From Ostreococcus lucimarinus (lineage: Eukaryota), in NCBI GenBank assembly GCA_000092065.1, contig CP000588.1: a stretch of DNA of 64,000 bases. One strand, written 5' to 3'. The position numbers were made by a program, and so were the translations under genes. A model generated the notes under the pieces. That model ran no database searches, was not told the origin of the DNA, and saw only the letters and a list, made by a program, of their open reading frames with translations. Positions 39,244-50,451 of the stretch are shown here, in pieces; position 1 is the first letter of the stretch; each line of letters begins with the position of its first letter.

Positions 39244-41411
39244 TGCGGACGTGGAATGGATGGTGTGAGCTGCGCGTCGAACGCGCGGGCGAAGGGAGAC
39301 GCGCGCGCGAGGCGTGGACGGTGACGGCGCGACGCGGGTTCGCGGCGGAGCCGTTGAAGGAGTCGGCGGCGGAGGACGAACCGACGGAGGAGGTCAAGGT
39401 CGACATCGCCGCGCTCGATCGCGCGCGAGCGGAAATATCGAAGTTGCACAGAGAACGACAGCTAAAGGCGTGGGAGCGCATGTACGCGTCGGCGGTGGGT
39501 GGGGTGACGTACGCGGCGTCGTTCGGGCCTTGGTTCGTTTCGCTGAGTAAAATGTCGCGCGCAGAGTGGAAGAGTGGCATCAAGCACAGCTGGGGACACG
39601 TCAAGGATGAGATGCATCACTATTGGTCCGGCGCAAAGCTGCTCTGGGTCGAAGTGAAGATCGCGTCGCGGTTGTCTTGGCGGTTGATGAGCGGATCGGA
39701 GTTGTCGAGGCGAGAGCGAAAGCAGCTGACGCGCACGACGGCGGACGTCTTTCGTTTGGTGCCTTTCGCGGCGTTCGTGTTGATTCCATTCATGGAAGTC
39801 TTCTTACCCGTAGCTCTGAAGCTGTTTCCGAACATGCTTCCCACGACGTTTAGAAACGATCTGAAGCACGAGGAAGAGTTGAAGAAGAAGCTCAAGGCGA
39901 AGCTCGAGGTGGCGAGATTTTTACAAGACACGGTTCGAATGATGGCCAAAGGCTTGAAGCACTCGCGCGACGGTGTCACGCGCGATCGCGCCGATGATTT
40001 GTACGTTTTTATGAAGAAAATTCGCTCCGGCGCCAAGGTGACGAACGAAGACATTTTGAAGTTTTCAAAGCTCTTCAACGACGAATTCACGTTGTACCAA
40101 GTCAATCGCGCGCAGTTGGTGAACATGTGCAAGTTTGTCGGTATCGCGCCGTACGGCACCGATACTTTCTTGCGTTTTCAGCTTCGAAACAAGCTTCGTG
40201 AGATCAAGAACGACGATAAGATGATCTACTTCGAGGGATTGAGCAATATGACGACGAGCGAACTGCGAAGCGCGGCGCGCTCGCGCGGGATGCGATGGGA
40301 GTGCGAGCGGGAAGATTTAATCAAGCAACTCGAGGATTGGCTCGAGTTGAGCCTGAAGAATAAGCTCCCATCGACTCTCCTACTTCTTTCGCGTGCGTTT
40401 GTCATCACAGCTGAGTCCAGCGGCGAGGATGCCAAGACGAAGGTGTTCCAAGATATCACCGACACCTTGGCTTCGTTGCCCGAGGACGTCATCACTTCCG
40501 CGGCGGTTGACGAAGGTTTGGCCACGCATACGCCAACGAAGAAGGAAGATTACACGAAGAGAATGGAGTTCTTGAAGCGCGAAGAAGAAATCATCGCGGA
40601 GGAGCAAAAACAAACGGAAGCCGTGCAGGAAGAAATCGTGCCGGCGCCGGAGACGACGGAAACAGAAACAGTCGACAAGGCGGCGGAGGAGATGGAGGGC
40701 GCGCCTTCGACGAAGCAAGCGGCCGCGCCTTCCGCCGACGCATCAGGCGATGATGAAGAGAAGGCCATTCGCAATGAAGAAAAGGCGACGTACGAACGCG
40801 AGAAGCGCGCAAAGCGCGCCGCGCAGCTCTCGCGTTTGCTAACCATGGTTTCCGACACGTCATCCGTCTGCGTTGAACGCACCGAGTTGATGATGCTCGT
40901 CAAGAAGGGTGTAGACGCATACGCCGACCGCGTCGAAGAAGCGCGATGCGCCGCTGAAGAAATCGCCGCGGACCAGGGCGCCATCGAGCACCTCACCGCG
41001 GAAGTGGACGAAGAGGCTCGACTCTCGCATCAGCTCGCCGACCAAGTCAGCGCTCGCGTGGACAAGATGTTGCAATCCGCGAGCAAAGACATTGAAGAAG
41101 TGGAGAAGCGCATCGGCGACAAACTCCGCGTCCTCGACGCGGATTGCGATGGTAAGATCACCATGCAGGAGCTGTTACGCGTGCGCGACGTTCTCGGCGC
41201 CGATCAAATCGACGAACGCGACGAAATCGAGTTGGTGAACATTCTCAGCGGTCTCATCAAGGACGACGGAACCATCGCCGTGGAAGATTTGAGAAAGCTC
41301 ACCAGCGACATCATCTCCACCGAACACTTGGAAGACGTTCAAACGGACGACGACGCGGACATCGAGGCGACCTCGAGCGCGAGCGCCGCGTCCTCGGATG
41401 TCCCCGCGTAG
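38952..41411 (+). CDS. LETM1-like mitochondrial inner-membrane protein (K+/H+ exchange)
   Basis: LETM1 RBD: HYWSGAKLLWVEVKIASRLSWRLMSGSELSRRERKQLTRTTADVFRLVPFAAFVLIPFMEVFLPVALKLFPNMLPTTF. C-terminal coiled coils and an EF-hand DADCDGKITMQELL. The ORF opens at 38427 but overlaps the importin 3' end. There is an (ACG)n poly-Thr tract at 39205-39244. Confidence 0.8.
39205..39244. repeat. (GAC/ACG)n microsatellite (poly-Thr in the LETM1 leader frame)
   Basis: gacgacgacgacgacgacgacgacgacgacgacgacgacg. Confidence 0.9.
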
Positions 41412-41524
41412 AGCTTTAATACAACTTGTACGTAGCGCGTATCGTTCAAACTCGCTCAACGCGCCGCACTGTTCGACGTCGACCCTCTTCGCGCGCCGCT
41501 CGACGTCCCGGTCGATGCGCAACG

Positions 41525-43837
41525 ATGTCTTCGCACCGCTCGTCGTCCGCGTCGCGTCGCGCGTCGTCGCGTCGCGCCTCGAGCGATGCGAGCACGTCGC
41601 AACGGTCATGGAGTGAATCGTCACGGAGCGACGGCGATGGCGACGCCGCGCCGCACTATCGCAACGCGCGCGATCCGCCGTTGCGCCAAGGCGTGTCTCG
41701 CGTCACCGTCAGCGCCGATAATCTGTCGAACGAGAGCGAGTGGGAGACGATGAAAATCACCGCGAGCGCGGCGGCGAGAGGCGCGGCGACGACGGCGGCG
41801 CGGCGACGACGATTCTGCGCGGCGGTGCGTCGGATGGCGGGCACGAAGCGTGGAATATACGAAATAATGCGAAGTCCAGGGGCGGTGAGCGCGCTTCGGC
41901 GGTTGATGAGCGACGAGGACGTGGATTGTCGACGAGGGGCGTGCGAGGCGGTGAGCGAATTGGCGAAGACGCCATTCGGCGCCGCATTACTGTGCAGCAC
42001 CGACGCGCAGTTGAAAGAGGCCTGGGGAACGGTGCGGACGTGGGAGTGGAAGATGGCGCTAGCGAGGATAAAGCGGACATTTGGGTATAAAACGTACGCG
42101 CAGTGCTTGGCGGCGTTCGCGACGTCGACGTCGTTACCACTCAAGGCATCCGGGGAAGCCGTTGACAAGTACTTGTCGCGGCAGGTGTTTTTTCCATTAC
42201 AGTCCAACTTTTCGCCGACGTTTCGCGATGAGACGCACGCGTTAGAGTCGTTGTCTAAAGTTTTGAGTCGACCGGACGACAAGCCCGAGGTGTTGTACGC
42301 CGCCCTGAGCGCCTTGGACACGTTGTTATCAACGGTGAATTTCTCGGCTGAAGTCATCCCGTTGGTGAATCAATCGACTTACGCGACGGCGCAGCGCTTG
42401 TCGAAAGCGACGGAAACGAGTTTAGCCGCACTCGACCCCGTGGAGGCTTTCATGGGTTCGGACTGGACTGAGGCTGTTCGTGGCCCCGGGTGCGTCGGCA
42501 CCGTCGTAATGTTGTTCAAGCGTTGGGTGTTGAAGACCGATGAAAGCACCGTTGACGGAGACGAAGCCAGCGAGCGCGAGGAAGAAGACGAAGATGACAG
42601 AGAAGCCATACGGCGACGAAATGACAAAGCCGTGCTTTCAGTGACACAATTCAAATTAGACCGAAGATTGATGGTGCTCGCGTCGCACAAGACGGACGCA
42701 ATCATCAGAGAAGACGCGAGCCGCATCTTATACGAAGCGACGCTGAATTGCGAAAACAAGAGCGTCGGCAAGCGAGTGTTTGAAATGCTCGTCAGTAGCG
42801 ACAGTGTTCTACGCGCGAGTACGCTTTCGTGGATGGCGTACTTGTTCGTACAACATGTGCGAACCGTGCGCGCTTTTGTTTCGATCGACGAAAACGAGAT
42901 ATGGCCTTTGACGAAGACGGTGCGATACTTGCTTTCGGACGACGTGCTGCGTTCGGCGAGCAGAGGGCTGTCGGAACAAGAAGAGTCCATACGCTTGGGC
43001 GCCACGCGAATGCTTCGCGCCGCGTGGGATGCGGTATCAGTTAAGCCATCAGCCATGCCGGAAAAAAGCGAAGAAAACCCAGCGATCTTTGTCGACGAGC
43101 GGCTTTCGTTCCCCGGATCCCACGAGCGCTGGCTCGTCTTTGTGAATAGCGGCGCCGTAGCCGCGCTTTGCGACATGCAGCTCAGTCGGGCGATAGGGGC
43201 GTCGCAGCTTGCGGATTCCACGCTCGATCACCTCGTGAAAACCGAGCCTGCGGCGATGCAGTATTTGCTATCGCGCAACAAGCAGCCGAGTGCGGCGGAG
43301 AAGCGCGAGGTGATTCGACAAAAGGTTGAACATCACAAGGCGGATTTCCCTCGCTCGAGGGTGGTTGAAACGCAGACGCTGCCCGCGGAAGAGGAATCGC
43401 CGCCGACACCAACCGACGCCCAAGACAGTCTTGAGAGCGTGAACATCGCGCCGCATCGCGCGCGGTGGCGCGAGTATAGAGAAAATCACAAGCCTATCGT
43501 CGCTAAGTTTGTTGACGTCGACAGCTTCGGAGATGACGAACTTGATCGCGAGGGGTGGCGAGCCAAAGCGGAGGACTTTATAATCGCGGGTGGATCGGCG
43601 CGAAAGAAGAAAGGTTACGAAACACATCGTGGTCCGTACGAACGGGCGGTTTTACGCGAAGGAACGCTCGGTTTGGCGGCAAAAAGCGACAAAATGCCCG
43701 TAGTGTTCTCAGCGAACCCGAACGTGGGCCCGTACGACGCCGCCGCACCGCGAAGCGCTTCGGCGAAAGTTTTCACGCGACCGAGTAAGCGACATGAGAT
43801 TCCGCGAGACGGTATCCCCTCGAACGCGAGGACCTAG
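41525..43837 (+). CDS. Hypothetical helical-repeat (ARM/HEAT-like) protein
   Basis: GIYEIMRSPGAVSALRRLMSDEDVDCRRGACEAVSELAKTPFGAALLCSTDAQLKEAW... then a long helical region. No specific family recognised. The ORF opens 15 bp after the LETM1 stop, so the start may be later. Confidence 0.4.
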   Translation: MSSHRSSSASRRASSRRASSDASTSQRSWSESSRSDGDGDAAPHYRNARDPPLRQGVSRVTVSADNLSNESEWETMKITASAAARGAATTAARRRRFCAAVRRMAGTKRGIYEIMRSPGAVSALRRLMSDEDVDCRRGACEAVSELAKTPFGAALLCSTDAQLKEAWGTVRTWEWKMALARIKRTFGYKTYAQCLAAFATSTSLPLKASGEAVDKYLSRQVFFPLQSNFSPTFRDETHALESLSKVLSRPDDKPEVLYAALSALDTLLSTVNFSAEVIPLVNQSTYATAQRLSKATETSLAALDPVEAFMGSDWTEAVRGPGCVGTVVMLFKRWVLKTDESTVDGDEASEREEEDEDDREAIRRRNDKAVLSVTQFKLDRRLMVLASHKTDAIIREDASRILYEATLNCENKSVGKRVFEMLVSSDSVLRASTLSWMAYLFVQHVRTVRAFVSIDENEIWPLTKTVRYLLSDDVLRSASRGLSEQEESIRLGATRMLRAAWDAVSVKPSAMPEKSEENPAIFVDERLSFPGSHERWLVFVNSGAVAALCDMQLSRAIGASQLADSTLDHLVKTEPAAMQYLLSRNKQPSAAEKREVIRQKVEHHKADFPRSRVVETQTLPAEEESPPTPTDAQDSLESVNIAPHRARWREYRENHKPIVAKFVDVDSFGDDELDREGWRAKAEDFIIAGGSARKKKGYETHRGPYERAVLREGTLGLAAKSDKMPVVFSANPNVGPYDAAAPRSASAKVFTRPSKRHEIPRDGIPSNART

Positions 43838-43929
43838 TACACCTTAGATGAACAGTAGGTAGGATGAATTTAAGCGCACTCGATGGAAAACATCGATTAC
43901 AAAAATTTTAAATGAATCGCAGGCGACGC

Positions 43930-45132
43930 TTACATGCCGAGCGCGTTGATGTGATGACCCCACGCTAAGCCCGTCGTGAGCAGACCAAACACCAAGAACG
44001 GCTGCGCGCTTGCTTGATACTTGACGTCGTTCTTGATGGGATCCGGCAAGAAGAACTTGAACTGGAAGAAGATTTGTGGGAAGATCAAGCAAAACAAGAC
44101 GTTTGAGTACGTCTCTTCGCCGATGGCGCGCAGGTAGCACGCGACGAAGAGCTGCGTGATGTCGATCGTAGACACCGTGATCCACTTCGCCTTCTCGATG
44201 CCGAACGCCACGGGGAGCGATTGCAAGCCGAGCTCTCGGTCACCTTCGATGGACTTGAAATCGTTCACGATGGCGATGCCCAAACCGGCGATCGAGTAGA
44301 GGACGGTTAAAAACATGACGTCCGGCGTCAATTGCCCGAAAGTCGCCATACCCGCCCACCACGGCAGTGCGATGTACGACGAGCCAAGAGCGTAACACCC
44401 CTTCCAGCCCTCAGCCTTGAGCTTCAGCGGCGGCGCGCTGTAAATGTACGATATGTACGACCCGAAGAGCGACAGCGCCAACACGATTGGAAAATCGTGT
44501 TCGCACCATCGGTCGAGTTGCAGCGCGCACAACCATCCACCGACCAACAGCACCGCAATCTGCGCCTTGACTTCATTCTCCGAAATCAACCCGCTCGGGA
44601 TCGGCCTGTACGGCTCATTGATCGCATCGATCTCTCTATCGTACCAATCGTTGATCGTCTGCGTGTACCCCGTCAAAAACGGCCCGCTCATCGTCATGCA
44701 CAGCAGCGCCTTCCCGACGTTATCCAGGTTCCACTCGTAGTGCCCGCTCGCCGCCGCCCCGCACATGACGCCCCAAATCAGCGGCACCCACGTCCCCGGC
44801 TTGGTCAGCTGCACGCGAATCTTCCACACGTCGTCCGTCTCCGCCGCGCCCTTGAACCCGAGCAGCTGTCTCACGTTCCCACCGAGCTCCGTCGTCGTCA
44901 CGTCCTCCGCCGTGTTCTCCGCCTTGATGTTCGCGTCGTCATCGTTCGACGCCGCCGTTCGCGCGCGTCGTCGTCCGCGCGTCGTCGCCACCGCCGTCGT
45001 CGTCATCCTCGACGTCGCCGTCGCCATCGTCGGCGTCATCGCGCGCCCGCGCGTCGCCGTCGCGCCGCGCCGCGCCGCGCGCGGCGTCGCTCTCGGCGTC
45101 GCCGTCGTCCGCGTCGACAGCATCGCTCGCAT
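43930..45132 (-). CDS. CHLG: Chlorophyll synthase (ChlG, UbiA prenyltransferase family), plastid
   Basis: NDWYDREIDAINEPYRPIPSG (ChlG/BchG signature), multiple TM helices, and a Thr/Ala/Arg-rich transit peptide MRAMLSTRTTATPRATPRAARRG. Confidence 0.9.
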   Translation of the reverse strand: MRAMLSTRTTATPRATPRAARRGATATRGRAMTPTMATATSRMTTTAVATTRGRRRARTAASNDDDANIKAENTAEDVTTTELGGNVRQLLGFKGAAETDDVWKIRVQLTKPGTWVPLIWGVMCGAAASGHYEWNLDNVGKALLCMTMSGPFLTGYTQTINDWYDREIDAINEPYRPIPSGLISENEVKAQIAVLLVGGWLCALQLDRWCEHDFPIVLALSLFGSYISYIYSAPPLKLKAEGWKGCYALGSSYIALPWWAGMATFGQLTPDVMFLTVLYSIAGLGIAIVNDFKSIEGDRELGLQSLPVAFGIEKAKWITVSTIDITQLFVACYLRAIGEETYSNVLFCLIFPQIFFQFKFFLPDPIKNDVKYQASAQPFLVFGLLTTGLAWGHHINALGM

Positions 45133-45325
45133 CGCGCGCGCGCGCTCGCGCGTCGTCGTCTGGCGACGTCGCGCGCGCGCGATCGTTATCCACGGCGTCG
45201 GCCCGCGATCGAACCCGAATCCGAGGTTCGCGTTCGAACCTCGCGCGAGGGTCGACGCGCGATCGTCGATCGACGCGCGCGCGGGTTCGCCGCAGACCTC
45301 GGCGCGCGCGCGCGCGCCGCGCGCG

Positions 45326-46882
45326 ATGCCGCGCGCGGGCGCGGACGTCGACGTGGAGACGCTCGTGCGACGCGCGAAGACGCGGTTGAACGCGCTGTAC
45401 GGGATTCAGCACGTGCGCGCGAACGCGCGCGCGAGCGACGGGGCAAACGGCGACGACGCGTGGGCGATTCGCGACGCGGACGCGGCCGAGGTCGCGCGCG
45501 GGCTGTTCGCGGACGACGAGGTCGGCGATCGGACGTCGCTGGCGATGGTGAAGATGGCGTTCTGCGCGGTGGAGCGGAAGCGGAGGCTGGAGCGGTGGGA
45601 GTACGGGGCGGAGTGGTTGGCGCGCGCGGAGCGCGACTTGACGAAGGCGCGCGTCGAATGCGGCGAACGCGAGATACCGGCGCGGTTTTTGAAGCCGGAT
45701 TGCGACTACGCGATCGAGGAGGAGGGAGACGTGTGGATGACGTTCGAGCGGGCGGGGCGGGCGGTGGCGAGGCGAGCGGTGCGACGGATGCGAGACGGGT
45801 ACGCGTTGGTGCCGAAGCGAGAGTTGGCGGAGACGTACGCGGAGGCGGTGGCGCGAGAGATACGGGAAGATTGCGATCGGGTGTTGCGGAAGATGCACGC
45901 GTGGTTGGCGACGGGGAAGGCGCCGATGGCGTTCGATCCGAAGTGTCGATCGAACGCGCTGCGAATCGTGCGCACGTATCAGCCGGATGCGAGCGAGTTG
46001 CCGAAAATATCGGCACCCAACGGGTTCAATTTCGCAAAGGCGAGGCGCGAGCGACGTCGCGCGCAGCGTGTGGGTGGCGTGGCGCAACACGCTATTGCGA
46101 TCGAGGCCGACGGTGAAGTCGAAGCGATCATCGAGACGCGACCTGGGGCGGAATTGCGTCGCGCGCGCAAAGCGCTTGACTCAAACGTCAATCGCGACGT
46201 CGCCACGAGACCGTTTCCTCCGTGCATTCGAAACAAGATGGAAGATTTACGCCGAGATGCACACTTAAAGTGGCACGACAGGTTTCAACTCAACCTGTTC
46301 TTCAAGGGCATCGGGTTCACGGTGAACGAAGCTCTCGAGTTCTGGCGTCGCGGCGTGTTTCCGAAGGGGCGAATGAAGGCGTACCAAGGCGAGCACACGT
46401 ACGCGATTCGACACCACTACGGCTTGGAGGGCGCCATGAAAGACTACAACCCGCACAAGTGCGATTCGTTAGCAGAACTCACGGAAGGCGTGCGCACGTG
46501 CCCTTTCGTCGGTTCCGTGGAAGATTTGCGTCAGTCATCGAACTCGCGGGATTGGTACCAAGCGCTCTCGTTTGACGGCCGCGAAGCCGTCGAGTTAGCC
46601 GTACAAGCGGGCGACCGACGCGCGGCGTGCGAACGCGTCTTCGCCGATTTCCACGGCGGAATGTCGATTGGAGAAGACTTCGAATCTCCCGCCGATTACT
46701 TCGACGCATCCATGGAGATCGAGGACCAATATCGCGACAGACAAAGACGCGACGCGTTTTCGTCGAAATCCGTCGCCGCGCCGCCGCCCGACGACGACGC
46801 TCCGCCCGCACCGAGCTCCCTCCTCCCCGAACGACTTCAACTCGATATCGAAGACTCGTCGTCCGACGAAGAACCCGCCTGA
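45326..46882 (+). CDS. DNA primase large subunit (PriL/PRIM2)
   Basis: PPCIRNKMEDLRRDAHLKWHDRFQLNLFFKGIGFTVNEALEFWRRGVF...HTYAIRHHYGLEG...YNPHKCDSL...CPF is the Fe-S C-terminal domain with conserved Cys. The ATG at 45326 is in frame inside the artefactual ORF 44765..46882. Confidence 0.8.
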   Translation: MPRAGADVDVETLVRRAKTRLNALYGIQHVRANARASDGANGDDAWAIRDADAAEVARGLFADDEVGDRTSLAMVKMAFCAVERKRRLERWEYGAEWLARAERDLTKARVECGEREIPARFLKPDCDYAIEEEGDVWMTFERAGRAVARRAVRRMRDGYALVPKRELAETYAEAVAREIREDCDRVLRKMHAWLATGKAPMAFDPKCRSNALRIVRTYQPDASELPKISAPNGFNFAKARRERRRAQRVGGVAQHAIAIEADGEVEAIIETRPGAELRRARKALDSNVNRDVATRPFPPCIRNKMEDLRRDAHLKWHDRFQLNLFFKGIGFTVNEALEFWRRGVFPKGRMKAYQGEHTYAIRHHYGLEGAMKDYNPHKCDSLAELTEGVRTCPFVGSVEDLRQSSNSRDWYQALSFDGREAVELAVQAGDRRAACERVFADFHGGMSIGEDFESPADYFDASMEIEDQYRDRQRRDAFSSKSVAAPPPDDDAPPAPSSLLPERLQLDIEDSSSDEEPA

Positions 46883-46917
46883 CCCGTCGCGCGCCCTATA
46901 TATAGTCTTATTAGCCT

Positions 46918-48567
46918 TTGCAAGTAGCCCGCGGCGCGCCGCCGCGCTTTGAAATCGCCTCGTCTCGCGGCGTCCTCACACGCGCCCTCGCCGAGGCCGC
47001 GCCCTCGCTCGCCGCCGCGCGCGATCTCGAGCGTCAACAACGCAAATGTTCGACTGATCGCGACGTGACCGCCGCCGCGCGCGCCATGCCGAACGCGTGC
47101 GCGCCGTGCTGCGGGTCGAAGCCGAAGGGTGTTGGCGACGACGAGAGCGACGACGCGGGCGCGCCGGCGCCCAACTCGCTTCGCCACGTCTCGGCGACGA
47201 AAACGAAACGCACCGCGCCGAAGTCGCTGCGAAATCTGGTTCAGTACGGCGCGGGGGACGAACGCGACGCGAGCGATGATTCGGGCGCGGAGAAGGTTGA
47301 GGACGATCCGCGCGCGCAGTACGAGACGGCGACGACGCCGGCGGGGAAGCCGAAGTTTGATCCGAACAAATTTAAAAAACGCGTCGGTGATCATCTCGCG
47401 GCGAAACGCGCGCTCGAGGCGGAGCGAAGGCCGTTGCTCGAAGAAACGACGGCGCGGGTTGGTGTTGAGCCGGAGGACGAGAAGAGCGAGAGACGGGCGA
47501 AGCGAGAAGAGCGTGAACGACGGAAAGAGGCGAAAAGAGCGGCGAAAGAGGATAAGCAGAAGCAACGCGCGCGAGTCCTCAAGGCGCGGTCGACGCAGAG
47601 GCGGTGTTGGTGGATTCTCATGATCGTCGTGCTCGTCGTCATCGTGTGCGCGGGTATCATCTTCGGGGACGACGTGCATTTTAATTATTGGAGATCGAAC
47701 GCCGATCGCGTCGACGCTCGTGATGATTCGACGCAGACGCATGCGATAGATTCAAATCAGATGGACGAGCGTCCCACGACCACAGAAGATTCCACAGACG
47801 TCTCAAGGGCTGGGCTCTCTCTCGCGGATGGGCCGAAATCGCAGGATAGCTTTGACGACGACGGCGACGACGGTGATGACAGCGATGAGCACGCACGCGC
47901 GTTGGATGTCGACGGTGACGAGTACGGCGTTGATTTCAACGACCCGAGTTTGCGCACCATGGCGCCGAAGGCATGGCGAAGACGCGAGCGGGAAATAGAA
48001 AAAATAAAGCGCCGAGCGCGCTCGTCGGCAAAGGATGACGTACAGCGATTCGTTGAAGGTGCGCACCGCGAGCTCGGCGTGCGCGACGAGGAAAAAGATG
48101 CAGAAGAAGAGTACGAGGATACTCTCATCGAACGCATCGAGTCGTCACCGGGGGTGGTGATCGAAAAGAGGCGAGGCGGCGAAGACGCGTCGCGGTCGGG
48201 CGACAAAGCCGCCGAGGTATTAGCCAAATCGCAAGCGTCGATTCTGTCGCACGGATTGATACGCGACACCAAGAGTTCATCGCGCGACTTAGATAGGCTC
48301 TCGTTCGGGGACGATGTCGCCGCGGGCGGAACTGCGTCTCCGGATTCTCGCGCCGCCGCCGCGGGCGAGGCGCCAACAGCCCGGGAGGCCTCGAAGACGA
48401 AGCGAGCGGCCGACATCAAAGATGACGATTCCGATCCAGATTTCGGGCTTAGCGCAGTGTTTCGTCCGCCGAACGAGCCGGTGGTGCATGAGAGACAACC
48501 CGACGACGACGGCGCGTTCTCCGCGGCGCTTCCCAGAAGAGTGCCGCGGCGCGCGCTCGCGGCGTAA
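46918..48567 (+). CDS. Hypothetical highly charged single-pass membrane protein
   Basis: One hydrophobic helix WWILMIVVLVVIVCAGIIF, flanked by Lys/Arg/Glu-rich (upstream) and Asp/Glu-rich (downstream) segments. A possible alternative start is MPNACAPCCGSK at 47086. Confidence 0.35.
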   Translation: MQVARGAPPRFEIASSRGVLTRALAEAAPSLAAARDLERQQRKCSTDRDVTAAARAMPNACAPCCGSKPKGVGDDESDDAGAPAPNSLRHVSATKTKRTAPKSLRNLVQYGAGDERDASDDSGAEKVEDDPRAQYETATTPAGKPKFDPNKFKKRVGDHLAAKRALEAERRPLLEETTARVGVEPEDEKSERRAKREERERRKEAKRAAKEDKQKQRARVLKARSTQRRCWWILMIVVLVVIVCAGIIFGDDVHFNYWRSNADRVDARDDSTQTHAIDSNQMDERPTTTEDSTDVSRAGLSLADGPKSQDSFDDDGDDGDDSDEHARALDVDGDEYGVDFNDPSLRTMAPKAWRRREREIEKIKRRARSSAKDDVQRFVEGAHRELGVRDEEKDAEEEYEDTLIERIESSPGVVIEKRRGGEDASRSGDKAAEVLAKSQASILSHGLIRDTKSSSRDLDRLSFGDDVAAGGTASPDSRAAAAGEAPTAREASKTKRAADIKDDDSDPDFGLSAVFRPPNEPVVHERQPDDDGAFSAALPRRVPRRALAA

Positions 48568-48754
48568 CATTCGATTGTGATATTAACGTTAGAAGATTAG
48601 ATATTTTGCGAGTACAACAGTCGTCTGTGCATGGTTATTGAAATGTAAGTGTGGGTCGTCGCGACGATAATAAGGCCGGCGGCGCGCGACGACTGCGTCG
48701 ATCGAATCGACGCTCGACGAATGTCTCTGCGTTTGTCGACAACCGATCGGTCGA

Positions 48755-49538
48755 TTACATGATGACGCATCCCTTCTTGCCTCCCTTACCCTCACCGATA
48801 GAGTCAAGTTTACCCCTCAAAGCGGCCAGAAGCTTATCCTTGTTCTTCCCCGTCGCGAGCTTCTTCGCGTCGTCGCCATCCTTGTTTTTAATCTTGACGT
48901 CGGCGCCCGCCGCGACCAGTCTCGCGACGTTTTCCACGTTCCCCGCGCACACGGCGTACATGAGCGCCGTCCACCCATCCTCATCCTGCGCGTTCAAGTT
49001 GCACTTCTTATCGATGATCAACTGCAGCACGTCGCCGAATCCGTGCGCCGCCGCGCTCATCGCCGGCGTCCCGCCGTCCTCCGCCGTGAGATCGAGCAAC
49101 GACGGCCCGCGTTGCATCGCCTTCAGCACGTCCACGTGTCCACCGCTCGCGGCAAACATCGCCGCCGTCTTCCCTGCATTACTCTGCACGCGTTAAACCG
49201 CCACACCGCGGTCCGTCAGTCATCGCTCGCCTCCGTCTCGCTCGCGTCCGCGCCGCGCGCCGCGATCTCCAATCCCCAACCGTCCACCATCGCATCGAAT
49301 TCCCCCTTCTTCCCCCCCCGCGACGCGTTCCGCCCCTACCCGACGCCCGCGTCCGATCAAAGAATTCATCCACCATCGCGTCGCGCGCGCCTCGCTTCGG
49401 ACGCACCTCTCCGCACGCCCTGATGTTCCCATCCGCGCCGTCGTCGAGCAGCGCGATCACTTTTTCGAGATCGCCGTCCGCCGCGGCTTTGTGCAGCGGC
49501 GCGAGCCCGGTGAACGTGTCGTGGTCGTTGATTCCCAT
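48755..49538 (-). CDS. Small ankyrin-repeat protein with a polybasic CaaX (CVIM) prenylation tail; two exons (49538..49407 and 49183..48755)
   Basis: Exon 1 MGINDHDTFTGLAPLHKAAADGDLEKVIALLDDGADGNIRACGE. Exon 2 SNAGKTAAMFAASGGHVDVLKAM...DGGTPAMSAAAHGFGDVLQLII...DGWTALMYAVCAGNVENVARLVAAGADV...KGGKKGCVIM-stop. The ankyrin register continues across the junction. Confidence 0.6.
49184..49406 (-). other. Spliceosomal intron (223 nt) in the ankyrin gene
   Basis: On the minus strand: donor GAG|GTGCGT (exon ends at 49407), acceptor ...TTTAACGCGTGCAG| (exon restarts at 49183), CTGAC branch-like motif ~30 nt upstream of the AG. Phase 0 on both sides. Confidence 0.55.
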
Positions 49539-50451
49539 GGCGAGATTTACGCTCGATTCGTCGCCGCGTCGCGTCGCGTCGTCGTCGGCGTCGCGGCGGC
49601 GTGTGACGGTCGCGCGCGCGCGCTGACGCGGACGGCTCGACCGCGTCGGGCGGGTGTATGCGCATACAGTGAGACGCCGTGTACGCGCGTCGCGTCGCGC
49701 GATCATGGCGCGCGGCTCGTAGAGTAGCACCGATCGCGATTCGCGATCCGCCCGCGATCGCGACGCCGCGCCGCGCGTCGACGCGCCACTCATCGACGCG
49801 CGCGATGCCGACGGCGGCGCTCGATCGCGCCGCGACGCTCTCCGCGCGCGCGCGCGTCGCCGCGACGCCGCGCCGACGCGCGCGCGCGACGACGACGACG
49901 ATTCGACGACGACGAACGCGCGGCGCGACGACGACGCGCGCGTCGAACGCGGACGACGCGCAGCGATGGATCGACGCGTGGACGAAAAAAACCGGCGCGA
50001 CGACGACGACGGCGACGACGACGGGAACGATCGGGGCGCTGGACGCGATGCTGCCCGCCGAGGCGGCGCCGGCGGCGGCGCCGCCGGCGCCGGCGAGCGC
50101 GCCGCGCGAGCGCAAACCGGGAGAGATCTCGCCGGAGATGCGGAAAAAGTTGCTGGGCGAGAGCGTCGGGCTGGGAGGATTGCCGGAGAAGCCGATGCCG
50201 TCGAACATTTTCTTGAACGTCATACTGGGGGTGACGCTGATCGTGGTGGTGGCGTACGCGGGGGGGATCCGGCCGTGACGCGGCGGCGGCGCGAGCGCGC
50301 GAATGTAATGCGATAAAGCGCGATCGAAGACGATTCCGATGGATGATGTCGACGCCTTCGGTGACTCGAGTCCGCGTCGGCGCCGTCGCGAATTTCGCCG
50401 CGTCGATTACGTCGCCGAGCGTCGAGCGCCGCACACGCCGCCGCGACCTCC

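Noticed and set aside
44332-46116. ORFs 44332..46116(+), 44939..46090(-) and 45186..46016(-) across the ChlG/PRI2 divergent region
   Set aside because: Arg-rich frames overlapping two confident genes (ChlG minus, PRI2 plus). PRI2 is recovered in its own frame from the ATG at 45326.
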